Of a stretch of DNA of 15,313 nt, positions 6,460 through 12,567 are shown in pieces. Positions within the stretch are counted from its first letter, which is position 1, and each line of letters begins with the position of its first letter. The position numbers were made by a program, and so were the translations under genes. The notes below the pieces were generated by a model. The model did not search any database. It saw only the letters and a program-made list of their open reading frames with translations, and was not told the DNA's origin. The stretch covers positions 1 to 15,313 of the forward strand of contig CAYZVT010000072.1 of assembly GCA_964481585.1 (NCBI GenBank). The letters are read 5' to 3'. The DNA is from an uncultured Pirellulales bacterium (GTDB lineage Bacteria > Planctomycetota > Planctomycetia > Pirellulales > CAYZVT01).

Positions 6460-8130
6460 TTAGCTCGTTTCTTCCTTTGCTTCGTGCGGTTGTTCGACCG
6501 GCTTGACGACTTGGCTCGGTTCGACAACGCGGGGTGCGACCGGGGCGGCGCCGTTTTCTTTGGCGGCTGGGGCCTCGCCGTCGCCGCCGATTTTGACGAG
6601 CGACTCGGGCAGTTCCACGCCGCCGATGTCCTTGAGCACTTGCATCATCGGCGGCATCGTGCCGGCCATGTTTTGCAGGAAGTTGGCGGTTGAGGACTTG
6701 CCGTTGGAGTTGCCTTCCCAGACGACGACCTTGTCGAACTTGATGTTCGAAATCGCCTTGGCGCTGGCTTCGGCCAGGTTGTCGAGGTGTTCGAGCATGA
6801 GCAGTTGGAACGCCTCTTTCGCGCCGCCGCAGGCGGTGATGATCTGCTGGAGACCTTCGCCCTTCTTGGCGAGAATTTCGTATTGGCCGCGAGCTTCGGC
6901 TTCGAGCTTGGCGAAAATCGCTTTCGCCTCGCCTTCGGCTTCGATGCGGCGGCTTTCGGCGGCGGCTTCGGCTTCGACCAAGGTGCGTGCCTTTTGGGCT
7001 TTGGCCGGAGCTTCCAGTTCCGCCCGCTGCTCGGCTTCGACCCGTTCGGCCTCGGCCAGCGCGGCTTTGGCCATGGCGCGGTTTTGGGCTTCGAGCACGG
7101 CCGCTTCCGCTTCGCGCTTGCGGCGTTCGCCGATTTCGTAAGCCTCGGCTTTTTTCACGAGCAACTGCGCCTGCGAAGCGGCGATGACCGCCTGGGCCTC
7201 GTTTTCGCCTTCGATGGCGAGGGCGTCGGCATCGGCCAGCCGGATGCGCATCTTCTGTTCGGCGTCTTTCACCTGCGCATCGCGCTCGAAGGCGGCCGTC
7301 TGCTCGCCGACGCTCTGTTCTTTTTCCAGTTCCGCGATCCGCACCGCCTGTTCGCGCTCGGCTTCGCGGGTGCCGATGTCGCGGAGCTTGTTGGCGTTGG
7401 CGACTTGAATCGCGCGGTCGCGGTCGGCCTCGGCCACGCGCGTCTCGCCCATCCGCTCCTGTTCGGCCACGTCGCCCCGCGCCTGCTGCACGGCCTGGCT
7501 GGCGGCTTTCTTGCCGATCGCGTCGATATAGCCCGACTCGTCGGTGATGTCGGTGATGTTGACGTTAATCAGCACCAGACCGATCTTTTTCAGTTCCGGC
7601 TCAAGCGAGTTTTGAATGTGTTCGAGGAACGTGTCACGGTCGCGGTTGATGTCTTCGATCCGCATCGAGGCGATGACCTGCCGCAGTTGGCCGAAGATGA
7701 TTTCCTCGGCTTGCTTGCGGATCTCGTCGGTCGTCAGCCCCAGCAGACGAATCGCCGCGTTCTGCATCACGTCGGGGCTGGTGCCAATTGCCACGGTAAA
7801 GACGCTCGGCACGTTGACGCGGATGTTTTCCGCCGACAGCGCGCCGCGCAGCGGAATCTCGATCTGGATCGGCTCCAGACTGAGGTAGGCGTAGTCCTGA
7901 ACCAGCGGCACGATGAACCGCGCGCCGCCATGCACGCAGCGGGCCGTGTTCTGACCGCCGATCTTGCCGTAGATGATGAGCACGCGGTTGCTCGGGCAGC
8001 GCTTGTAGCGCGACGTGAGCAAACGCAGCACGCTGCCGATCAGGATCGCGGCCACGACGAGAATAATCGCCCAGTAAACCAGACCGCCAGCGAGGTCTGA
8101 GACGAGATCGGCAACGAGTAAATTAAGCAT
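6460..8130 (-). CDS. flotillin / SPFH (band-7) domain protein, YqiK/FloT-like
   Basis: ATG at 8130 (MLNLLVADLVS...). The ORF-track start at 8172 is a GTG and would overlap the upstream gene by 50 nt. An N-terminal TM helix is followed by an SPFH core and a long Glu/Ala-rich coiled coil (AEAERVEAEQRAELEAPAKAQKARTLVEAEAAAESRRIEAEGEAKA), typical of flotillins. The start overlaps the stop of the upstream NfeD-like gene (ATGCTTAA). Confidence 0.9.
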   Translation of the reverse strand: MLNLLVADLVSDLAGGLVYWAIILVVAAILIGSVLRLLTSRYKRCPSNRVLIIYGKIGGQNTARCVHGGARFIVPLVQDYAYLSLEPIQIEIPLRGALSAENIRVNVPSVFTVAIGTSPDVMQNAAIRLLGLTTDEIRKQAEEIIFGQLRQVIASMRIEDINRDRDTFLEHIQNSLEPELKKIGLVLINVNITDITDESGYIDAIGKKAASQAVQQARGDVAEQERMGETRVAEADRDRAIQVANANKLRDIGTREAEREQAVRIAELEKEQSVGEQTAAFERDAQVKDAEQKMRIRLADADALAIEGENEAQAVIAASQAQLLVKKAEAYEIGERRKREAEAAVLEAQNRAMAKAALAEAERVEAEQRAELEAPAKAQKARTLVEAEAAAESRRIEAEGEAKAIFAKLEAEARGQYEILAKKGEGLQQIITACGGAKEAFQLLMLEHLDNLAEASAKAISNIKFDKVVVWEGNSNGKSSTANFLQNMAGTMPPMMQVLKDIGGVELPESLVKIGGDGEAPAAKENGAAPVAPRVVEPSQVVKPVEQPHEAKEETS

Positions 8131-8698
8131 GGGTGGTCCCCGCGGTTTCAGGTGCAGGCTCGACTTCCACACGGTCAGGCCCGAGCACCCCTACGACAAG
8201 AATACGACTTCCCGTTGGCAAACGTCCTCCGGACGTAATCGCTTCGCACTCGACGAGCCGGTTTTGCAAGGTGAGATGAACCTTGCCGGCTCCCTTTTGC
8301 TCGGCGGGAATCGGCACATAGACGACCCCCTCGAGGCCGACCGCGCGGGCGAGCCGCACGGTGCCATCGGCGTTGAGCTGGTGCATCGCCTGCATCAAAA
8401 AGTAGACGCCATACATCGCTCCCAACGCGCCGGCCACGGCCACGAATAGCGGCCACGGATCGTCGAAGTTGGAAGCCAGCGCCGCTTTGCCGAACAGCCC
8501 AAAGAACGTCAGACCGATCACGAGCGTGCGGAACGACAGCACGCCAAAGATCCAGCTGGAGCCGTGATGGTCGACGTCGCCTGTGTCGGCGGCCGCGTCG
8601 AGATCGCCGTCGGCCGTTTCGTCGTCGCCGCCGATGAGCGACTGCACCAGCAACAGCGCGCCGCCGAAGAGGGCACAGAGCAGAAACAGCGTGTTCAT
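8123..8698 (-). CDS. NfeD-like / YqiJ-family membrane protein (flotillin partner)
   Basis: ATG at 8698. Hydrophobic N-terminal half with several TM segments, an acidic stretch (GGDDETADGDLDAAADTGDVDHH) and a C-terminal soluble beta-rich domain (GAGKVHLTLQNRLVECEAITSGGRLPTGSRILVVGV...) consistent with the NfeD OB-fold. It sits immediately upstream of and overlaps the flotillin gene, the conserved yqiJ-yqiK arrangement. Confidence 0.8.
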   Translation of the reverse strand: MNTLFLLCALFGGALLLVQSLIGGDDETADGDLDAAADTGDVDHHGSSWIFGVLSFRTLVIGLTFFGLFGKAALASNFDDPWPLFVAVAGALGAMYGVYFLMQAMHQLNADGTVRLARAVGLEGVVYVPIPAEQKGAGKVHLTLQNRLVECEAITSGGRLPTGSRILVVGVLGPDRVEVEPAPETAGTTHA

Positions 8699-8804
8699 CG
8701 CGAGCGGTCCTGCGAATTTCTAAGGGGGCGTGAACGCTTCAACGGCCTATTCGCTCGCCGGCGGCCGAGCTTGGAAAAAGTGCGGCTCGATTTTCGCTTA
8801 TCTT

Positions 8805-8821
8805 CCCCCGCTCGGCGGGGG
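8805..8821. other. GC hairpin CCCCCGC-tcg-GCGGGGG in the nfeD / DUF72 divergent intergenic region
   Basis: 7-bp perfect stem. GGCACCC follows 17 nt downstream (8839-8845). Confidence 0.3.
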
Positions 8822-8937
8822 ATGTCAAACCGATTCGCGGCACCCCCGATCGGCAGCAGCCGTTGAGGCGGTGGTCCGCCGCTGCTGGCAGCGAAATAAT
8901 AGCACGGGCAGCCGCACGGGATGGGCGACCGACAATT

Positions 8938-9681
8938 ATGTCTTATATCCGGATCGGCACGTGCGGGTTTTGCACCCGTCAGGCCGAGTTCTTCCGCCGC
9001 TTTCGGCTCGTCGAAATCCAGCAGACGTTCTACCAACCGCCCCAGCTCAAGACCGTCGAGCGGTGGCGCGAGGCGGCGCCGGAGTCGTTTCGTTTTGCGC
9101 TGAAGGCGTGGCAAGCAATCACCCATCCCGGCGGCTGCCCGACTTTTCGCAAGTCGAAATTGAGCGAAGCCGAGCGCCGCGAGTGCGGCTCGTTTCGTGA
9201 CACGCCGGTCGTGCGTTCCGCTTGGGAGACAACGCGCGTGCTTGCCCGCGCGCTGCGGGCAGAGTGGGTGATTTTTCAGTGCCCGCCGACCTTTCGGCCG
9301 ACGAAGGAGAATCAAGCCAATCTGGAAGGCTTCTTGGGCTGGGCGGAGCGCGACCAGATGCGCTTCGGCTGGGAGCCGCGCCACCCGGACTGGAACGCGG
9401 AACTCGTGCGCGAGCTATGCGCGCGGCTGGAATTGATTCACGTCGTCGATCCGCTCTACGAAGATTCGGCGTGGGGCACGCCGCGCTACTACCGGCTGCA
9501 CGGCGAACCGCGCGGGACCTATCGCTGGGAGTACCGCTACCGCTACAGCGACGAGGAGCTGACGCGCGTCGCGGAAAAATGCCGCGAAGCGGAGACCTAC
9601 TGTCTGCTGAACAACGACCGCATGTGCGACGACGCCGCACGGCTGGCGGCGCTGCTGGGCCAAGAACTGAGCCAAACCTAA
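8938..9681 (+). CDS. DUF72 (UPF0759, YecE-like) family protein
   Basis: ATG at 8938 (MSYIRIGTCGFCTRQ...FY...LKTVERW...FRFALKAWQAITH). The IGTSGW/F start and the FY...F.FALK pattern match DUF72. The ORF-track start at 8863 is a TTG and adds a non-conserved extension. Stop TAA at 9679-9681. Confidence 0.75.
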   Translation: MSYIRIGTCGFCTRQAEFFRRFRLVEIQQTFYQPPQLKTVERWREAAPESFRFALKAWQAITHPGGCPTFRKSKLSEAERRECGSFRDTPVVRSAWETTRVLARALRAEWVIFQCPPTFRPTKENQANLEGFLGWAERDQMRFGWEPRHPDWNAELVRELCARLELIHVVDPLYEDSAWGTPRYYRLHGEPRGTYRWEYRYRYSDEELTRVAEKCREAETYCLLNNDRMCDDAARLAALLGQELSQT

Positions 9682-9685
9682 GCCT

Positions 9686-9708
9686 GGCCGGTGGGGGGCG
9701 GGGGCGCA
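9686..9708 (+). repeat. G-rich post-stop motif GGCCGGTGGGGGGCGGGGGCGCA (copy 1)
   Basis: It begins 5 nt after the DUF72 stop. A near-identical motif, GGCCGGGTGGCGGGGGCGCA, begins 24 nt after the stop of the last gene (15294-15313). Confidence 0.6.
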
Positions 9709-9737
9709 TCGCACAAGCGGAAGCCCCCGGAAACGCC

Positions 9738-9762
9738 GGGTGCCACGGGCGTCTCGCCCGTG
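9738..9762 (+). repeat. palindromic repeat module H2, forward orientation (GGGTGCCACGGGCGTCTCGCCCGTG)
   Basis: Reverse complement of 6404-6432 apart from the loop triplet (TCT versus AGA). The GGGTGCC flank is identical to the H1 flank. Confidence 0.8.
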
Positions 9763-9890
9763 CTGCGGAGCCAGCCGAGATTGCCACGGCACGACGGCCG
9801 ACACCTCGGCCACGGCTTGCTCCGCTCCGCGACGGCAAAGACTCCCGCTTCCTGGCAGGCTCGTGCTCGTGGTCGGTCGAGCCTACGCGC

Positions 9891-9919
9891 GGGTGCCACT
9901 GCTGGCTTGTCCAGCAGTG
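9891..9919 (+). repeat. palindromic repeat module H1, forward orientation (exact consensus)
   Basis: Identical 29-mer to 6265-6293. Confidence 0.9.
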
Positions 9920-10056
9920 CGCCTGGTGAGCATGCGCTAGCCGATCGGTTTTGCCCTGGAAAGAAGGGACGAGGAAGCTCGGCCCCGCAGGCCGATGTTT
10001 CCTCGGTTTCGCATTGCCGCAACAGAATCAAGCGGCAAATCAGGATCGGTGGAGGG

Positions 10057-10085
10057 CACTGCTGGACAAGCCAGCAGTGGCACCC
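10057..10085 (-). repeat. palindromic repeat module H1, reverse orientation (exact)
   Basis: Identical 29-mer to 6375-6403. It ends 4 nt before the kinase stop codon (10089-10091). Confidence 0.9.
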
Positions 10086-10088
10086 AAT

Positions 10089-11537
10089 TTAAGCCTGGGC
10101 GGTGGCGGTGAGCTTGGCGAGCGCTTCGCGCAGTTGCCGCAGCTTGATCGGCATGGTGGCGACCAAGCGGTGCCCGTTGCTCTGGGCGCTCGACTTCCAG
10201 TTGCGCTGGCGTTCGCTCAGCAGCAGCAGCGCGGGCACGTTTTTGAGATCGTTCCGCTGCCCAAAATCGTTGAAGGCCTCGACCGCGCTTTCGCCGAGCA
10301 TGCCGCTGCTAAAGAGCACCACGTCGGCCACTTGGCTATCGTCGGCAAAGCGCTGGGCGGCGCGCTGCGGATCGCTCGTGACGAGCACGCGATAGCCGCT
10401 CTTTTTGAGGCTGTCGCGAAAGAGGTTTTGCATCTTCACGTCGCCTTCGACGACCATCACCGTGCGCTGCTGGCTGTTGTCGCCCTTCAAGGCGCCTTCG
10501 CCCGCCTCTTCGGCGGCGCTTTCGCGCGCGAGCACGCCGCGCAGATCGGTCGCCAACTCGCCCGGCGTCTGATAGCGGCGGTCGGGATCGAAGCTGAGCG
10601 CCTTTTTGACGACCAGGGCAATCGAGTGCGGCAGATCCGGCTTGACCTGCAAGATCGGCGGGATTTCGCGGAAGCGGCTTTTGCGCAGCCGCTGCGAGCG
10701 CTCCCGCGTCTCGACCAACGGCGCTTGCCCGGTGAGCATGTGGTAGTAGATGCAGCCGGCGAAAAAGATGTCGCTACGGGCATCGCCTTTACGCACGCCG
10801 GTCGAGCGTTCCAGTCCGGCGTAGTCGATCGCGCGGGGGTTGTCGCTCTTTTGGATTACCTCGTCCGTCGCGTTCAGATCGGTGCCGGCCAAGCCGAAAT
10901 CGACCAGCTTCGCCTGCCCGAGGCTGGAAACGAGCACGTTCGACATTTTTAGGTCGCGGTGCGAGATGCCCCGGCCGAAAGCGTAGTCAAGTCCGCCGGC
11001 GATATCGAGCATCAGCCGCGTCGCTTCGAGTGGCTCGCAGCTTTTGCGGATGCGGACGAATTCGAGCAGATTGCGCCCCTCGACGAACTCCATGACCAGG
11101 TAATGGTTGTTCCCCTGCGAATCGACTTCGTAGATCGGGACGATGTTCGGATGCCGCAAGCCCTGGCACATCACCCCTTCGCGGTGGAAGCGGTCGGCTT
11201 CTTCTTTGAGTTCGCTGTAGCGTTTGCGAAGTACCTTGACGGCGACTTGTTTCTTGCCGAGCCGGTCGGTGGCCCGGTAGACGCGCGCAAAGGTGCCGGT
11301 GCCCACGAGATAGAGAACTTTGTAGTCCCCGTAGTAGAACGTGGTGCGGTCGCGGGCAATCAGATGCTCGATCTGGTAGAAGGTGAGCAAGTCGCGGCGG
11401 AGGAGCAACTGGCGGAACTCGTCCAGGCTGACGTTCTGGCTGCCGAACTCGCCCCAGATCTCGCGGAGCTGCGTCTCGTCGAGCAGATTCAGGTTCAGCG
11501 CATGCTGAGCCAGTTCCTCTGCTGACGTAATGGCCAT
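10089..11537 (-). CDS. Ser/Thr protein kinase (Hanks type) fused to a C-terminal receiver-like (pseudo-REC) domain
   Basis: ATG at 11537 (MAITSAEEL...) is preceded by AGGGAG 4 nt upstream; an alternative ATG lies at 11558. Kinase motifs are present: VGTGTFARV (G-loop), VAVK, HRDLKMSNVLV, DFGLA, SDIFFAGCIYYHMLTG, DPDRRYQT. The C-terminal 120 aa (TVMVVEGDVKMQNLF...YRVLVTSD...ADVVLFSSGMLGE...VPALLLLSERQ...MPIKL) has the REC topology, with the conserved T/S and K present. The phospho-acceptor Asp is replaced by Ser (VLFSSGM where VLLDxxMP is expected). Confidence 0.85.
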   Translation of the reverse strand: MAITSAEELAQHALNLNLLDETQLREIWGEFGSQNVSLDEFRQLLLRRDLLTFYQIEHLIARDRTTFYYGDYKVLYLVGTGTFARVYRATDRLGKKQVAVKVLRKRYSELKEEADRFHREGVMCQGLRHPNIVPIYEVDSQGNNHYLVMEFVEGRNLLEFVRIRKSCEPLEATRLMLDIAGGLDYAFGRGISHRDLKMSNVLVSSLGQAKLVDFGLAGTDLNATDEVIQKSDNPRAIDYAGLERSTGVRKGDARSDIFFAGCIYYHMLTGQAPLVETRERSQRLRKSRFREIPPILQVKPDLPHSIALVVKKALSFDPDRRYQTPGELATDLRGVLARESAAEEAGEGALKGDNSQQRTVMVVEGDVKMQNLFRDSLKKSGYRVLVTSDPQRAAQRFADDSQVADVVLFSSGMLGESAVEAFNDFGQRNDLKNVPALLLLSERQRNWKSSAQSNGHRLVATMPIKLRQLREALAKLTATAQA

Positions 11538-11547
11538 GGGACTCCCT
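11538..11547 (-). promoter_or_regulatory. AGGGAGTCCC immediately 5' of the kinase ATG (11537)
   Basis: Reverse complement of the plus strand GGGACTCCCT. Same 10-mer as 12556-12565. Confidence 0.45.
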
Positions 11548-11701
11548 TTACGAATCATTTTTCCGATTTGCCTGCTCCCCTAGATCGTATCCCGGATGCT
11601 CATCGAGAGAAGTTCGCCGCGTACTTGTTAATTTATTCCGGCGGCGCGCCGGCCACAATTGATTCGCCGAGCCGGGGGGCGAGATTGCCCAGCCGGGCGG
11701 C

Positions 11702-11780
11702 TTTTTCCCCGCTCTGGCAGCCGCTGGGGAAAAGCCAGCACCCTGCTACCAGTTCCGGTAGCAGGGTGCGCCGGGGTTTT
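11702..11780. terminator. twin GC-rich hairpins with flanking T runs; candidate bidirectional intrinsic terminator / insulator between the coiled-coil ORF and the kinase gene
   Basis: Hairpin A is TTTTTCCCCGC-loop-GC(T)GGGGAAAA (11702-11733). Hairpin B has a perfect 12-bp stem, CACCCTGCTACC-agttcc-GGTAGCAGGGTG (11739-11768), followed by CGCCGGGGTTTTGGG. On the minus strand hairpin B is followed by CTGGCTTTTCCCC. Both T-tracts are short, so this is not a textbook terminator. Confidence 0.35.
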
Positions 11781-11865
11781 GGGAATGGGGCGTGCGCGAT
11801 AGCTAGCGGTGCGATCAGCAGAGGCGGGAGCCGAAAAAAGGCGCCGACGGCAGCCCCGGCCGAGC

Positions 11866-12153
11866 TTACGCCTCGTATTCTTCGAGCTTTTGGCGGTAGT
11901 CGTCGCGCTCGCGGCGGGTCGCTTCCAGGTCGAACATGAGATACTTCATGTCGAGCCGCAACTGGCCGAGCGCATCTTGCACCAGCGTCAGAATCCGCCG
12001 CCGCCGCTGCGTGCTCTCCGCCACCCGATCCACCAGCGGTTCGAGCGAGTCGCGGTATTGAGCCGGCAGGGCCGCGATCGCCGCTTGCAGGCGGAGGAAG
12101 TCGGCGGGCAGTTGTTCTTGAGCGGTCGGGGCAGGACGCGAGGTGTCGTTCAT
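11866..12153 (-). CDS. small hypothetical protein, predicted coiled coil (95 aa; possible N-terminal extension to 12228)
   Basis: The ATG at 12153 is preceded by GGAGAA 9-14 nt upstream. An alternative upstream ATG at 12228 is preceded by AAGGG. The C-terminal half is charged and helical (LDMKYLMFDLEATRRERDDYRQKLEEYEA). No recognisable family. Confidence 0.45.
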   Translation of the reverse strand: MNDTSRPAPTAQEQLPADFLRLQAAIAALPAQYRDSLEPLVDRVAESTQRRRRILTLVQDALGQLRLDMKYLMFDLEATRRERDDYRQKLEEYEA

Positions 12154-12470
12154 AAGCAAGGTTCTCCAGGATGCGAGTTCGGCAGCCACTAGAGCAGACG
12201 CTGTGCCAAAAGGCGGCCGCCGCGCCATGCGTCGCCCTTAACCTCTTTGCCGAGACTCGGTTACGCTCTAGCCTGCAACTCGCGGTCACCGTCGCAGTGC
12301 GGGGGCGAGGGTGAAGATTTACAACGTTTGCTCTGGGCCTATCTCGCAAAGGCTGTTACAAGCCCACCTTACGACGAACTTGCAAATTTCGCAACAAGTT
12401 GGTCTTTCGCCACACGCGGGTTTCCAAAAATCAACGGTTTTTCGCAGTTTGGCCCTCCTGGTAGTCCGAC

Positions 12471-12537
12471 ATAGCCGGCGAGCAACGCTTGCCGGTGCGC
12501 GGCGGTGTTGAACCGGCGAGCGTTGCTCGCCGGCTAT
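12471..12537 (+). promoter_or_regulatory. 19-bp perfect inverted repeat (ATAGCCGGCGAGCAACGCT ... AGCGTTGCTCGCCGGCTAT) with a 29-nt spacer; leader hairpin or operator upstream of the large secreted-protein gene
   Basis: Read directly. The spacer contains a further GCCGGT/ACCGGC pairing. It ends 19 nt before the AGGGAG ribosome-binding site at 12556 and overlaps the alternative GTG/TTG start candidates at 12505-12525. Confidence 0.5.
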
Positions 12538-12555
12538 CCCCCTTCCGTCCTTCGC

Positions 12556-12565
12556 AGGGAGTCCC
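12556..12565 (+). promoter_or_regulatory. AGGGAGTCCC (Shine-Dalgarno-like plus conserved spacer) before TTG 12568
   Basis: The identical 10-mer, read on the minus strand, abuts the kinase ATG (plus-strand 11538-11547). Confidence 0.45.
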
Positions 12566-12567
12566 GA

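Larger units (their letters stand above)
9682..10089. mobile_element. composite intergenic element (H2 ... H1 ... 137-nt spacer ... H1-inverted) bracketed by a 19-bp direct repeat; possible MITE/Correia-like or BIME-like insertion
   Basis: The direct repeats TAAGCCTGGCCGGTGGGGG (9679-9697) and TAAGCCTGGGCGGTGGCGG (10090-10108) match at 17 of 19 positions and flank the whole repeat-bearing intergenic segment. No transposase is present. Whether it is mobile is inference. Confidence 0.4.

Noticed and set aside
6787-8100. 437-aa ORF antisense to flotillin
   Set aside because: It is the mirror image of the Glu/Ala coiled coil, giving low-complexity FGFD/LAAF repeats. Flotillin on the other strand has a clear domain signature.
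4791-10085. Possibility that the 29-nt repeats are a CRISPR array
   Set aside because: Copies are in alternating orientation. They occur as isolated pairs at three separate loci with 81-137 nt between them. There are no regularly spaced direct repeats and no cas genes.
4768-10092. ORF-track peptides containing GCHCWLVQQC or HCWTSQQWHP (ORFs 4768..4953, 6065..6451 N-terminal part, 9222..9929, 9691..10092)
   Set aside because: These strings are translations of the 29-nt palindromic repeat and its reverse complement. Their recurrence reflects the DNA repeat, not a protein family.
9951-10952. 333-aa ORF antisense to the kinase gene, and the 239-aa ORF 9119..9838 antisense to DUF72
   Set aside because: Both are antisense to genes with strong motif support. 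Their 5' parts read through repeat modules. Their composition is typical of GC-frame artefacts.
12505-12567. GTG 12505 as the start of the large secreted-protein gene, as in the ORF track
   Set aside because: It would place 21 residues in front of the n-region of the signal peptide. It also sits inside the 19-bp inverted-repeat hairpin, and no ribosome-binding site precedes it. TTG 12568 with AGGGAG 6 nt upstream is preferred, but this remains ambiguous.
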